Source: Acidobacteriota bacterium
GTDB taxonomy: Bacteria; Acidobacteriota; Blastocatellia; RBC074
Assembly: GCA_031423495.1 (NCBI GenBank)
Contig: JANPFP010000212.1
Span: 9,466 to 73,465, forward strand
DNA: 64,000 nt
Direction of reading: 5' to 3'
Below, piece by piece: positions 10,901-20,039 of the stretch. Below the pieces are notes generated by a model. That model saw nothing but the letters and a program-made list of their open reading frames with translations, was not told the origin of the DNA and made no database searches. The first letter of the stretch is position 1. Each line of letters opens with the position of its first letter. Made by a program: the position numbers and the translations under genes.

Positions 10901-11162
10901 CGCTACGTTGCAACGTGACGCTCTGAAAGCGCCGTCCCGCCGCCACATTCACCGGCTTGCGGCTGAGGGCGTCGTTAGCCAACGGCAACCAGATGCCATC
11001 GGGCGAACCTTGCGCGGCACTCACCACCGCGTGATGCGCGTTGCCGCTGCTATGAAAAATCAGCCAGCCCATCAAACCTAATCCTAAACATCGAAACAGG
11101 CTGGTTCCGAAAAAGGCTAAACAACGACTCACGGTGTGTGAAAAACTTATGCTCACGGTCAT
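4980..11162 (-). CDS. giant secreted multidomain protein: metzincin-like zinc metalloprotease ([11 protein letters not shown]), about 11 tandem BACON-like Ig domains, Solibacter-type C-terminal domain
   Basis: ORF track (4980-11390); start trimmed to ATG 11162 (MTVSISF…, hydrophobic signal-like N-terminus). HExxHxxxxxH zinc motif; repeated C…W…GNGT…TQ modules; C-terminal …[48 protein letters not shown] resembles the TIGR03437-type Solibacter C-terminus. Confidence 0.8.
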   Translation of the reverse strand: MTVSISFSHTVSRCLAFFGTSLFRCLGLGLMGWLIFHSSGNAHHAVVSAAQGSPDGIWLPLANDALSRKPVNVAAGRRFQSVTLQRSAWQRQLAQAPLENTKGVRPTVTLPLPDGSFARFAIEDSPNMEAALAARFPEIKSYRAVGLDDPALIARFTWSPRGLYALIATPDTAYSVEPVGSANDGQYISYESKDAVAAGKYDCLTEEVPGLPQRENTAARDLSVINLGATRRNYRLALATTYEYMLAFGGGNKPGAIASVNTWLNAVNLIYERDLSAHFNLVANNDQLIYDTTSDPFTNGSAGTMLEEARLHFNNVIGAANYDVGHVLGTGASGVAYIGVACVIDEYKGGGVSLIPTSVGVGHPFYIGRIAHELGHQFNTHHTFNDNTGNCAGQRNATTAYESGSGFTIMAYSGSCNAIAFGRALHFHSGAVNAIAEFMQNEATCSTATPSGNTPPTVNAGVDRRIPKLTPFALTAAANDSDNGDYANLTYSWEQYDAGGTSFGNPAFTDEGDPASTTRPIFRPFSPTLSPQHLFPELFLIQDYNNEPPLQDADGLYVAQHLPRVSRNLNFKVIVRDQRGGVADDDVLLSVDGASGPFQVTAPDTRVRWVGGTQQTVTWSVNNTNNAPVSCANVKISLSIDNGETFPVTILGATPNDGSETITVPAGLSSGETRIKVEAVGNIFFDMSDASFLLESGSASCPAGVNLAPTSAVAGATVNLTGSNFTGVNSVLFSNNVSASFTVVSDTQINVTVPAGVVAGPLMLIKSGCNNTQTPSFTPVACSYSLSATSASVGAGIQTASVNVTANPGCAWTATSNASWITISSGASGNGNGTVSLSVAANTGAARTSTVTVAGQTFTVTQSGGCTITLSATNANVAATSGTGSFNVTAGNGCTWTATSNQSWLTITNGASGNGNGTVSYSFAANTGASRSAVISVGGQSFTLTQAGGCTITLNASSANVAATNGTGSFNVTAGSGCTWTATSNQTWLTVTNGASGSGNATVSYSFAANTGASRSAVISVGGQSYTVTQVGGCTITLSANSANVAATSSTGSFNVTAGSGCTWTATSNQSWLTITNGASGSGNGAVNYSATSNTGVSRSAVISVGGQTFTVTQAAGCAITLNTSSVSFAAAANTGSFNVTAGTGCTWSAVSNQTWLTITSGASGSGNGAVNFSVAANTGAARTATITVSGQSFTVIQAGGCNVTLGVTSASVAAAASTGSFAVTAGNGCGWTAVSNASWLTFTNATGTGNGTVNYSVAANTGVARSAAISVGGKSFTVSQAGDCSVTINVTSASTVATSGTGSISVTAGTGCTWTAVSNAAWLTITSGASGSGSGTMVFAVAANAGVARSATITVNGLTFTLTQASGCAYNATISGQTFSSQASLGTVAVTTTAGCGWTASVNQAAGQSWLAITTAASGVGNGTVGFALSPNTTGNQRQATLTVAGRTFIVSQDANCGVTLPTSVVSVAAVAGSGSASATTNPLGCVFNATSNVDWLVITGKTSSAVNFNIAANSGGARTGSIMIGDKLYTVNQAAAPVSCTAYFTPVAHSASYAGGVYNVTVSTGHDCRWAATTSATWIMLDAATASGVRRGAVSYSLATNTTTQARTGTIQVLGQAFSITQAAAPTCSFSVSPGTLTVPAGGGSTNVSVMATNSCSWSSAASDVAAQITAGIYGTGNGTVALMTQPNAASAARNFKVVIAGQTVNVTQAGSATANPLPTAVRTYPDALALGAARTLTVYGRNFLSNSVVRWNGAERATTFVSDMELRVTIPATDLVVANLGTAKVTVFNPASTANLGGGSSNALDCRVVRVTVSVSAAHYGNNGDQSATRDGIVAAFGSDLASGTLVANSLPLPTTLGGTTVTIYDSAGASFLAPLFFVAKTQVNYLLPTELAPGLAEVIISDNAGRWESGALMISGVNPGLFTSNASGQGVVAGSALRVRNGVNTYENIARFDSTTSKMVATPIDLGPTTDQVYLVLYGTGFRHRSDLRNVQCFIGGTTAGVGTEVSVLYLDKQGSLAGLDQTNLLLPRTLAGSGLVKLWLKVDGKWANPVEVNIK
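5975..8885 (-). repeat. tandem array of about 11 BACON-like domain repeats (~255-270 bp period) inside the giant CDS; boundaries approximate
   Basis: Near-identical DNA blocks (e.g. gtgcaaccgcttcccgctgttacgttgaagctgcc at ~7975, ~8225, ~8475) and repeated protein modules. Confidence 0.7.
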
Positions 11163-12127
11163 AGCTCCATAGTTGAGGATGCAACTGAAAATACAGTTGA
11201 AGATGCGGATGCCGAGGGATTGCCTGCGGGGGTGGTGGCTGACTGGGGGCCGACCTCTAAAAGCTGACATATCCGTTCGCGCTGAAACCAGGCGACCGCA
11301 CGGGAGACGCTGCCTTGTGCAACGCGTCTGGCAAGCCGACGCATTGCGGCACGGGGTTTCAAGTGTTTTTTGACGCACGCGCCCTAACACTCAAAGGCCA
11401 TCAGACCTCGCTTCAGTGCGAACGGATAGCTTGCGGGGATGCAAGCTCGATACTTTGGGAAAATAGAGAAAATCGCTCAACAGATCGCCTTGCACGAATG
11501 GCTCAAAAGGCTTTGGCAAAAGGGCAAGGCGCTGAGGTCGTGAGCGACAGCGTTTTACTCAATCGGGTCAAATGGACGGCAGGGAAAAATAGACAAGGCC
11601 TATTCATTTTCAGACGGGCACCACAACCACGCAGCGTAACTGGCATCCCTAACAGTCACGCTGCACCATCACGTCTCTCAAAATGAATAGGCCCTGAACG
11701 AACGGCGCGTGGGGGTGGCATTTCGTAAAAAGTAGGGGGGGAGAAACGAAAGCCGTGCGCCTAAATGGAAGGAATTCCGGCGGGAATTCAACAATTTCAA
11801 AGTGGTTCAAGCTGGAGCCGCAGCACCTCGGGGGCGCGCATCCATATACAAAAAGTTAAAAGAAACAGGGCCGATTATCCCACCAACACCCAGCGTAGCT
11901 CTTTTTCCCCTGCAACGCTGTTGGCACTTGACGTTACGAATCTATGGTTTGGCATCCCTAACAAACCGCAAATCCGTGTGTTGGCAAACTACCAGCCCTG
12001 TTTCTAACTGACAGAGCGATCTTTCACCTTCATCGCAACTCTACCAAGCCACGACGATTAATCCATCCGTCACCAAACACTTGACCTCTCTGTCACCCTA
12101 TAGTGCTGGCACTTCAGTTCTATTACA

Positions 12128-12160
12128 GCCCGCTTGATCGTGCGCTGTTTTTTTAATCTT
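12128..12160 (+). terminator. candidate plus-strand rho-independent terminator at the end of the 0.8-kb noncoding region
   Basis: cagcccgc…gcgctg stem followed by ttttttt; no annotated plus-strand gene upstream. Confidence 0.35.
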
Positions 12161-12202
12161 TAATCTATGGGGGCTGTGCCTTGCTGCGTTAGATGGACGA
12201 GT

Positions 12203-13468
12203 TCAGGGCGATAGTTCAGCAATTCGTTTGAGCAGAAAGCGGCGCACGGGTTGGCTCGAAGTCAGTTCATACGCGCGGCGAAAACAAGCGATGGCTTCGG
12301 TTGGCTGGCCTGCTTGTCGCAACAGTTCGCCGCGCGTGGCATAAAGCGGATAGTAATTTTTGAGCGCGCGATGTTCGCGCAAACTTTCGAGTTCGCTAAT
12401 CGCCGCCGCTGCGCCTCGCACTTTTGCGAGCGCGACGATGCGGTTGAGCGCAACCACCGGCGAAGGCTTGCGGCGCAACAACTCTTCATAACAATCCAGC
12501 ACGCGCGGCCAATCGGTCGCGTCGAAACTGACAGCCAGCGTGTGACACGCTGCGATTTCGGCTTCGAGATGCAAGTCGCTGAGTTCAGTGCCGCTGGCCG
12601 AACGCTGAAAATAATGCAGCCTGCGCCGCATCAACGCCGCGTTCCATTCCGTACGGTCTTGCTCTGACAACAGCAACAATTCGCCCGCCGCGTCGCAACG
12701 CGCACTGAGCCGCGCCGCCTGAAAACACAACAGCGCCGTCAGCGCCTGCACTTTGGGTAGCCCCGTTTCAGAATGGCTCGCCAGCAATTCGCACAATCGA
12801 ATCGCTTCAAAACACAAATCGGTACGCACCAGTTCTTCGCCTTCGAGCGCGCTGTAACCTTCGTTGAACATCAGGTAAACGGCTTTCAACACCGGCTGCA
12901 ACCGCGCGGCTAACTTGTCAGGCGCAGGCATCTCTAACCGCACTTGCTGTTCGCGCAATCGTTGCTTGGCGCGGGTGAGCAGCTTGGCAATCGCCGCTTC
13001 CTGCGCGAGAAAGGCGCGCGCGATTTCTGACGTACTGAATCCGCTGACGGCCTTCAACGTAAGCGCGACCTGGCTGTCTTCAGAGTTCGCCGGATGGCAA
13101 CAGATGAACATCATCCGCAATTGATCGTCGCGCACTTCGCGCGCGAACGCGGCTTCGGTCTTGGTCGTTTCGTCGGTCAACGTTTGCCAGGCTTGCGCGA
13201 ATGCTTCGTCGGTCGCGCGCCAGCGTTGGTCGTGGCGCAATTGATCGAGCAGCCGATTTTTCGCCACTTGAATCAACCACGCCAACGGGTGGTCGGGCAC
13301 GCTGCCATAAGGCCAGACGCGCAACGCCCGCACCAGCGCTTCCTGCACGGCGTCTTCGATTTGATCGAGCCGTTCGAGACCGAACAGCCGCGTCAACACG
13401 GCGATCATCTGTCCAGCGCGCTGGCGGAACAAATGATCTACGGATTGTTGAATCGTGTCGTCTGTCAC
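12203..13468 (-). CDS. ECF sigma factor with long C-terminal TPR-like extension (ECF42-type)
   Basis: Sigma70 region 2 (…IEDAVQEALVRALRVW…) and region 4 (…GFSTSEIARAFLAQEAAIAKLLTRAKQRL) followed by ~230-aa extension; start set to GTG 13468, 8 nt after the YCII stop (ORF track extends to 13558, overlapping YCII). Confidence 0.75.
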   Translation of the reverse strand: MTDDTIQQSVDHLFRQRAGQMIAVLTRLFGLERLDQIEDAVQEALVRALRVWPYGSVPDHPLAWLIQVAKNRLLDQLRHDQRWRATDEAFAQAWQTLTDETTKTEAAFAREVRDDQLRMMFICCHPANSEDSQVALTLKAVSGFSTSEIARAFLAQEAAIAKLLTRAKQRLREQQVRLEMPAPDKLAARLQPVLKAVYLMFNEGYSALEGEELVRTDLCFEAIRLCELLASHSETGLPKVQALTALLCFQAARLSARCDAAGELLLLSEQDRTEWNAALMRRRLHYFQRSASGTELSDLHLEAEIAACHTLAVSFDATDWPRVLDCYEELLRRKPSPVVALNRIVALAKVRGAAAAISELESLREHRALKNYYPLYATRGELLRQAGQPTEAIACFRRAYELTSSQPVRRFLLKRIAELSP

Positions 13469-13475
13469 GATGCCT

Positions 13476-13808
13476 TTACTCTTCGATTTCGCGCAGTTCG
13501 ATCCGCCCGCCGTATTTAAGATGCGGGCAACTCTGCGCAACCTTGACCGCTTCGTCATAGTTCGCGGCCTGCACGATGAAATAACCGCCCATCACTTCTT
13601 TCGCTTCGGCATAAGGGCCGTCCACGACGCGCAGTTGTTCGTTGTGTAATTGCAAATGGCGGCCTCCTTCGTCTTTCAACTTGTGGCCGACGGCGGCGAC
13701 CTGGATGCGCCAGTCGCCGTATTCCTTGATAATTGCCTGAATCTCTCCCGCCGAAACATTGTCGAAATCCGCCGGATTTTCGTGTAACAAGAGCATAAAT
13801 TGAGCCAT
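13476..13808 (-). CDS. YCII-related (DGPF) domain protein
   Basis: 110 aa, conserved partner of ECF42 sigma factors; GGAG-like RBS (aaggagaat) before ATG. Confidence 0.7.
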   Translation of the reverse strand: MAQFMLLLHENPADFDNVSAGEIQAIIKEYGDWRIQVAAVGHKLKDEGGRHLQLHNEQLRVVDGPYAEAKEVMGGYFIVQAANYDEAVKVAQSCPHLKYGGRIELREIEE

Positions 13809-13949
13809 GAAATTCTCCTTGCGTGTCTGCGTGAATTGCCGTTTGTTAAGCCTATCGGTGACAGGCCGTCGTCATCCCCTAAACGAATAACGAACCGCTG
13901 GCAGGACATCAAAAGCGCAGCTTGTGTCATTTTATCTGGCACCCATGCC

Positions 13950-13990
13950 AAACACGGCAGCCGCTGTCGAATCTTATCGCAGCGGGCTGC
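13950..13990 (-). terminator. candidate terminator hairpin downstream of the beta-propeller gene
   Basis: ggcagcccgctg…cagcggctgcc inverted repeat followed by GTGTTTGG on the minus strand. Confidence 0.35.
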
Positions 13991-14023
13991 CGTGTCAGAA
14001 CACCAATCGTTTATTTATCGGCG

Positions 14024-17000
14024 TTATGGCTTGCCGTCCCAATTGCCTGCGACTGGCAGGTCGCCGACTTGCCCGAAATTCACGGTGAAGGCTTCGGCAA
14101 CTCTGAAGCTCTGGAAGCGATTCGTCAGCGTAAACTTATCGTTCTTGAATACACCAAACGTGTCTACGCCGTCGCCGTCCCAATCGCCTGCGAGGGGCAA
14201 GGCGTCAGATGCGCCGAACTGTCCCACTTGAAAAGCTTCGAGCGGATTGAAATCGGCCAGGCCATTGGTGAACAACCAGCTACCGAGGCGAAAGATACCG
14301 ACCGTGTCGAAGCCGTCGCCGTTCCAGTCACCCGCCACCGGCAAGTCGCCCGTGACGCCGAAAGCGAACGTGGCATCAGGCAGCGGCGCAGAGCCGTTGA
14401 CGTTCTGCCCGTTCACGCCATTCGTCACGAGAAACAAACCCGCGCGGAATACGCCCGGCGTATCAATCCCGTCACCGTTCCAGTCGCCCGCAATCGGCAA
14501 ATCATTCGACTGACCGAAGACAATCGTTCGGGTGATCGCCTGACATTGCGGCGAGCCGCAACCAGGCACGGGGGGCCGCAAAATCAAAATGAACTGCCCG
14601 ACCGAAGGGCGAAAGATGCCTGCGTCATCGTCGCCGTCACCATCCCAATCGCCCGTGACCGGAAGCGCATCGGAGACAAAATTAAAGTTCACGGTTTGGT
14701 CAGGTGCGCCCGCCGTGTTGGAATTCCGCAGCAAAAAGTCGGTGAGCGCAGGCCGAAAGACCCCAATCGTATCAGCCGGAGTCGCGCTGATTTTGGCGAT
14801 GAACCCGTCGCCCGCGCCGCGAAACGCGCTTTGAAAAACCCCCGGCGTTACCGGCAAATTACCGTTCGCCACACCCGCCAGATAGACATTGCCTCGTGAG
14901 TCCAGAGCGACGCCTTTGGCAAAGGTATCGGCTCCGCCAAACGTCGTTGAATAAAGCAGCTTCGCCGTCGTCGTCGCAGAAACCGTAGCTTCGATTTTCG
15001 CCAGAAAGCTGGAACCCGCCAGATTCGCCGTCAAAGGGTTGACCGAAAGAAAGCTCGCGCCCGATCTCGTCGTACCCGCCACATAAGTATTGCCCGCCTG
15101 ATCAAGGGCGATGTCCAGCCCCGCCTCGCTGCTGTCTCCGCCCAGATAGCTGCAATAAAACAGGGCCGTGCCGTCCGCATTCAGCTTGGCGACGTAAGCC
15201 TCGCCTTCAGTCAACGTCGTTCTAAACGCATTCTTGAGCGGGAACGTACTCGCAAACGAAAAAGTTTGGCCCGTGATATACACGCGTTGCTGCGCGTCAA
15301 CTTTGATGGCCTCTATCGTGTCAACATCACCGCCGCCGAAATAAGTCTGATAGGTCAGCGATGCGGCTCCGCTCGCTTCGGTATCAATCTTGGCGACAAA
15401 GCCATCCGTGAACCCTTTCAGGTTGGATTGCAGCGGCGGCAAAGATTGTCCTGCGGGACTTTTCACGGGCAGGTCTTCCGAAAAAGTGGTTCCGCCCAGA
15501 TAGGCATTGCCTGCGTTGTCGGTGGCGATGTCTACGTTTAATCCCAAACCGGGTGCCGCTTCGATGTCGCTGCCGCCCACATAACTCGCATAGCGCAACG
15601 AACCGTTGCCGCTCAACGCCGGATCAAAGACAGCCACAAAGGCATCTGCCAAAGCCAGACTGCCCAGCGAATTCTGAAAGCCGTTTTTGGTCGGCAGGTT
15701 GTGAGAAAGGGTAAAGCCCGCGATATAGATTTTGTTGGCCGCGTCCACCGCAATCGCCTGCCCTGCATCAGAGTTCCCGCCGCCATAATAGCTGGAATAA
15801 ACCAGGCCATTGCCCGTGGCATTCAACACCGTGACGTAAGCATCGTTACCACGGCACGCTCCCACCAGACACGAAAGAAAGGTGCCATTGCCTTGAAAGG
15901 CTCCGTCGGTGACGGGGAAATCCGCCGTGCCGCGCGTGAAAGTGGCACCGGTCAAACAGGCTTGCCCATTGCTCATCACCGCGATGTCTTCGCCGGTGTC
16001 GGCATTGCGGCTGCCCAGATAAGTGCAATACACGGTGTCGGTTCCGTTGGCGTTGAGCTTGAGTATAAAAGCATCGCCCTCAGCGTCTTTGCGCTGGCTT
16101 TGCAAAGCTCCCTTGACCGGCAAATCTGAAGACAACGTCGTGCCGACGATATAAGCATTCCCCGCCGCATCCACCGCCACAGCCGTAGCAATATCCAGCA
16201 AACTGCCGCCCGCGTAAGTCGCATAAAGCAATTGCGGATCAATCACCAGCGGACGGCTCGCGTCATAAGCGCCCAGCGCAAAACTCACTTCGCGCTTTTC
16301 GTTCAGCACGTATTGGCCCGTCACCATCTCACGCCCTTGCGCACCTTCCTGATAAATAACCGGCGCGTGCTGAATCAGTTCGCCCGCCGAAGTTTGCAAC
16401 ACCAGATTGCCCGCGTCGTCGAGCCGCAGACTTTTCGCGCCTTCAAACCGTAGCTCAATCTGATTGGAATCAGCGCCCGGTTGCACGATGAAGTCATATT
16501 CCAACGTCCGCTGATTGCCGTACCAAACCATGTCTACGCCCGGCCAGACTTCGCGGTATTTCACCTGACGATAAGTCGGCACATCCGTCTGCCACTGGCT
16601 TCGATCATTACCGATCAGGTAATTCGCTTTGCCTTCGAGTTGGTCGAGCGCTTCGGCTGACGGCGCGACGTTCGCACTCACAAGGTTGAGCTTCAGCCAA
16701 CTCCGCGACGGAGTTTCTTTGTCTTTACCGTTCAACGCCAACGTAGCCGCGCCGCCTGACAGATAAAGCGAATAGCCATCGCCGCGCGACAGGTATTCAA
16801 CCGATTTGTCGGTTTGTCCGCGATTGGGTTCAAAGGCCAACGGTAACTTGCCGTAATTTTCCAGCACGCGCGCTTTCGCCTCAGCCTCAGTCGCGCTGCT
16901 CGCCTGCGCTGGCGAAGTGCGCGACCACCACGCCAGCCCTCCGGTTCCGATCAATAAAATAACTATCAATGCCGTTCCGATTAAGGGTTTGCGTCTTTTC

Positions 17001-17026
17001 GCCAACCTGTTGATGAGCTTATACAT
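14024..17026 (-). CDS. large secreted beta-propeller repeat (SBBP) protein with C-terminal FG-GAP/VCBS-like repeats
   Basis: N-terminal TM/signal (LIGTALIVILLIGTGGLAWW); repeated …DIATAVAVDAAGNAYIVGTT.S.DLPV… SBBP units; C-terminal AGDWNGDGxDTxGxFR x5. Confidence 0.75.
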   Translation of the reverse strand: MYKLINRLAKRRKPLIGTALIVILLIGTGGLAWWSRTSPAQASSATEAEAKARVLENYGKLPLAFEPNRGQTDKSVEYLSRGDGYSLYLSGGAATLALNGKDKETPSRSWLKLNLVSANVAPSAEALDQLEGKANYLIGNDRSQWQTDVPTYRQVKYREVWPGVDMVWYGNQRTLEYDFIVQPGADSNQIELRFEGAKSLRLDDAGNLVLQTSAGELIQHAPVIYQEGAQGREMVTGQYVLNEKREVSFALGAYDASRPLVIDPQLLYATYAGGSLLDIATAVAVDAAGNAYIVGTTLSSDLPVKGALQSQRKDAEGDAFILKLNANGTDTVYCTYLGSRNADTGEDIAVMSNGQACLTGATFTRGTADFPVTDGAFQGNGTFLSCLVGACRGNDAYVTVLNATGNGLVYSSYYGGGNSDAGQAIAVDAANKIYIAGFTLSHNLPTKNGFQNSLGSLALADAFVAVFDPALSGNGSLRYASYVGGSDIEAAPGLGLNVDIATDNAGNAYLGGTTFSEDLPVKSPAGQSLPPLQSNLKGFTDGFVAKIDTEASGAASLTYQTYFGGGDVDTIEAIKVDAQQRVYITGQTFSFASTFPLKNAFRTTLTEGEAYVAKLNADGTALFYCSYLGGDSSEAGLDIALDQAGNTYVAGTTRSGASFLSVNPLTANLAGSSFLAKIEATVSATTTAKLLYSTTFGGADTFAKGVALDSRGNVYLAGVANGNLPVTPGVFQSAFRGAGDGFIAKISATPADTIGVFRPALTDFLLRNSNTAGAPDQTVNFNFVSDALPVTGDWDGDGDDDAGIFRPSVGQFILILRPPVPGCGSPQCQAITRTIVFGQSNDLPIAGDWNGDGIDTPGVFRAGLFLVTNGVNGQNVNGSAPLPDATFAFGVTGDLPVAGDWNGDGFDTVGIFRLGSWLFTNGLADFNPLEAFQVGQFGASDALPLAGDWDGDGVDTFGVFKNDKFTLTNRFQSFRVAEAFTVNFGQVGDLPVAGNWDGKP

Positions 17027-17223
17027 TGCCGTGTTCCGCCTTTTTGGAAGTGTCTTGTTAAAAAATCAAAGTGATTTGCGACAGACGGAACATAGACAAG
17101 TCGGGCTGAGAAGTCTTAAAGGCGTTTTGAACTTTTTATGAAAGATTTCTAAACGGCGCGCAGCTCCGCCAGGCATAAGTCCTTTTCTTCTTTGTGACTT
17201 TGCGGCTTTGCGTGAGCGGCTGG

Positions 17224-18759
17224 CTAGGTAGGTAACAAGGCAGGTTCGGCTAAGCGTATGAGCGCGGCGCTGAGTTCGCGCTGAAAAGGCCCGCATAAAT
17301 GCGTGAGGTCAACCGTTGGCACGTCATCGCGCAACTGACGGTAAAAAGTGATGGCTCCTAAAGCGCGCGCCTCATCATCAAAGAGTGGCACGCGCAGTTG
17401 CCAATGCTGTCGCAAGGAATCCGTTGTGAAAGTTACTTCTTCCGCCGAGGCATTGCGCCACAGCCACACCACCCGTTGAGGGTTATCCGGCAAGATGACC
17501 AGCCGCTGTGGTATATTTATCAAGAGGTCTTCTGCTATTTCTAAAGTAACTAAATCAAATTCTTTCGTCGCCAACATAGCTTCCAGCGCCGCAAAAAAAT
17601 CCGTCGGCGTTTCGGCGCTTGCCAAACTGTTATAACTGCGCCTGACACCGACGTTCACCGCCAACGCGCGTCGCGTGCGGCTAACACCTTGTTTGATCTG
17701 GCTGCCTAACTCGCTGAACTCGGCATAACGCAAATGCTGTACGCCATAAATCAAACCAATGCCTAGCACAAAAAATATCAGCGCACCTAACTCACGCTTT
17801 GGGTTAAGTAACATAAGCCCGAATAACGCAAATAACGCGCTCACCGCGTAAAGCGCAATTACCACCTGCCGTTGTGATAAACCTCTTTCGAGCAATACGT
17901 GATGAATGTGTCCGCGATCTCCGGCAAAAATCGGCTTACCGCTAAGAAAGCGCCGCACGATAGATAACCCGACTTCCATCAACGGCAGGCCGAACGAAAT
18001 CAACGGAATCGTCACCGCCACCAGCGTAGTCCCCTTTTGCGAACCGGCCAGCGACAACACCGCCGCCATAAAACCCAAAAACAGCGCGCCGCAATCGCCC
18101 AGAAAAATCGTCGCCGGATTAAAGTTGTAACGTAAAAATCCGATTACCGCGCCGATTAAAATCACCGCCAACAAACTAATTTCTGGCTGCCCTTGTACGA
18201 CTGAAAATACCAAAATCGAAGTCAACGCAAACACCGACGCGCCCGCTGTCAATCCGTCTATGCCGTCAATTAAATTAAAGGCATTCGTGATGCTCAAAAT
18301 CCATAAAGCCGTAGCCGGAAAATTCAACAGCGTCGGCAATTGCCAGAATCCGCCCGGCGTAGACAACACGTTAATGCGATAGCCGCTGGCATAAACTAGG
18401 CTGGCCGCCAACAACTGAACCGCAAATTTCAACGTCGCACTGGCATTCTTAAAATCGTCATAAACCCCCAACGCAAAAACCAGCGTCGCCGGAACTAACA
18501 ATCCGAATAATAAAAGGGGTAAATCCTGCTTGAAGTTACGGCTGACTAAGTTACCCAAAAAAGGCACGCAACAAAGCGTCAGAATAAAGGCTAGATAAAT
18601 CGCTACACCGCCGAATTGCGGTGTAGGCCGGGCATGAATGCGCCGCTCACGGTCAGGCAGCGCCATCGCTCCCCATCGAATCGCCCAACGGCGCACGAAT
18701 GGCGTCAGCAAAAATGTCAGCAAAAACGCCAGACCAAATAAAATCACGTAAGAACGCAT
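17224..18759 (-). CDS. polyprenol-phosphate sugar-1-phosphate transferase (WecA/MraY family, GT4-like) with ~160-aa C-terminal extension of unknown function
   Basis: Multi-TM N-terminal 350 aa typical of WecA/WbpL priming transferases; last gene of the minus-strand EPS operon. Confidence 0.75.
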   Translation of the reverse strand: MRSYVILFGLAFLLTFLLTPFVRRWAIRWGAMALPDRERRIHARPTPQFGGVAIYLAFILTLCCVPFLGNLVSRNFKQDLPLLLFGLLVPATLVFALGVYDDFKNASATLKFAVQLLAASLVYASGYRINVLSTPGGFWQLPTLLNFPATALWILSITNAFNLIDGIDGLTAGASVFALTSILVFSVVQGQPEISLLAVILIGAVIGFLRYNFNPATIFLGDCGALFLGFMAAVLSLAGSQKGTTLVAVTIPLISFGLPLMEVGLSIVRRFLSGKPIFAGDRGHIHHVLLERGLSQRQVVIALYAVSALFALFGLMLLNPKRELGALIFFVLGIGLIYGVQHLRYAEFSELGSQIKQGVSRTRRALAVNVGVRRSYNSLASAETPTDFFAALEAMLATKEFDLVTLEIAEDLLINIPQRLVILPDNPQRVVWLWRNASAEEVTFTTDSLRQHWQLRVPLFDDEARALGAITFYRQLRDDVPTVDLTHLCGPFQRELSAALIRLAEPALLPT

Positions 18760-18776
18760 AACTTAAAACTACCGCA

Positions 18777-20036
18777 TCAAGAAGACGACACCGCGTCACG
18801 ATCAACCATCATTGCCAACGGCGCAAAACGCTCCTGCAACGCCCCCACATAACGCAGCGCCAACGTTTCGCGTAAATAATGCGCCAACACAAACACTTTG
18901 CCCCGTTCGCCCAACCGCCGCCGCAACGGCTCATCATCGCGCAATTGTTCAATCGCACCCACCCACGCTTCGACATTTTCCGACACAATGCACAAGCCGC
19001 CGCCCGCGCGTTCGACCAATTGCGCTGCTTCGCCTGCCACATTGCAAATCAGCGGAACGCCGTTTCCCATCAACTCGAATAACTTAGAAGGCAGCACTTT
19101 TTGAAACAATGGCAAATTCTTGAGCGGAACCAAACCCACATCGCTGGCGCGATAAAAAGCCAGCAAACGGTCACGCGGCTGCTGGTCAATAAACCTGACA
19201 TTGGTCAATTGCATCGCCACCGCCTCGGCCTTAAGCCGGGCTTTTTCCGCGCCTTCGCCTACGAATAAAAAAATAACCTGCGGCAACCTGGCAGCTGCCT
19301 GCAAAACCTCTTCCAACCCGTGCGACATCCCGTGCGTGCCGATATACGAAACAATAAATTTACCTTGCAAGCCTAGCTCTTCCCGCAGTTTTTCAGGCGC
19401 AAGGCTCGACGTAGCTAAATATCCCGCATCAATGCCATTGGGAATCACGACAATCTTTTCCGGCGCGATTCCCTTCCCCAATAAATATGGCCTGGTTGAT
19501 TCAGCCACCGGCACAATCAACGCCGCCCGACGGTAAAGGAATAACTCGATAGCTTCGAGCGTGGCAATCACAAACCGGTTCCGCAACACGCCCAACTCAA
19601 TCGCCGATTGCGGCCAGATGTCGCGTACCTCAAACACAAAGGGCGCGCGCTTTAACACACTGAATAAATAGGCCGCCACTGCGCAAAAAAATTGCGGCGA
19701 AGTCCCGACTACGACTTCCGGCCTGCGCGTAAATAAACTTCCCAATAACAAAGAAGAGCCAAAAAAAGACAGAAAGTTCAGCACGCGCTTAACAAAGCCT
19801 TTGTTCGGCGCGACATATAGCCACGTACGCAACAGTGCCACGCCTTTCACTTTTTCCCGTCGCATCCATACGCCTCGATACTCAGGATGAATCACGCCCG
19901 TCGGATGATTCGGCATACCCGTGATAACCGTCACCTCATGCCCCGCCGCCGCCCAATGCTGCGCATGCTCTGCCGTACGCGCCGCTGGCGCTCCCATTTC
20001 TGGCGGATAGTACTGGCAAAAAAACGTAATTCGCAT
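18777..20036 (-). CDS. glycosyltransferase family 4 (WbuB-like)
   Basis: MRITFFCQYYPPEMGAPAARTAEHAQHWAAAGHEVTVIT… N-terminus and GT-B C-terminal E-x7-E region. Confidence 0.8.
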   Translation of the reverse strand: MRITFFCQYYPPEMGAPAARTAEHAQHWAAAGHEVTVITGMPNHPTGVIHPEYRGVWMRREKVKGVALLRTWLYVAPNKGFVKRVLNFLSFFGSSLLLGSLFTRRPEVVVGTSPQFFCAVAAYLFSVLKRAPFVFEVRDIWPQSAIELGVLRNRFVIATLEAIELFLYRRAALIVPVAESTRPYLLGKGIAPEKIVVIPNGIDAGYLATSSLAPEKLREELGLQGKFIVSYIGTHGMSHGLEEVLQAAARLPQVIFLFVGEGAEKARLKAEAVAMQLTNVRFIDQQPRDRLLAFYRASDVGLVPLKNLPLFQKVLPSKLFELMGNGVPLICNVAGEAAQLVERAGGGLCIVSENVEAWVGAIEQLRDDEPLRRRLGERGKVFVLAHYLRETLALRYVGALQERFAPLAMMVDRDAVSSS

Positions 20037-20039
20037 TGC

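Noticed and set aside
11163-11390. N-terminal 76 aa of the giant ORF (MLGRVRQKTLETPC…)
   Set aside because: Arg/Cys-rich, not signal-peptide-like; an internal ATG at 11162 gives a hydrophobic N-terminus consistent with secretion; alternative start left as uncertainty.
11315-11686. 123-aa plus-strand ORF in the 0.8-kb intergenic region
   Set aside because: No RBS, no homology, overlaps inverted-repeat structures; more likely non-coding.
11922-12125. Sigma54 promoters at TGGCAC sites (11922, 12106)
   Set aside because: Neither has a TTGC -12 element at the required N5 spacing (TTGAC/TTCAG instead).
11391-12202. tRNA/tmRNA/RNase P genes in intergenic regions (also 47290-48020)
   Set aside because: No T-loop GGTTCGAATCC-like motif, no CCA-acceptor structure, no RNase P conserved GGAAAGTCCGGGCTCC block seen.
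13922-14899. 325-aa plus-strand ORF
   Set aside because: Entirely antisense to the SBBP/FG-GAP gene, Arg-rich low-complexity translation typical of GC-rich antisense frames.
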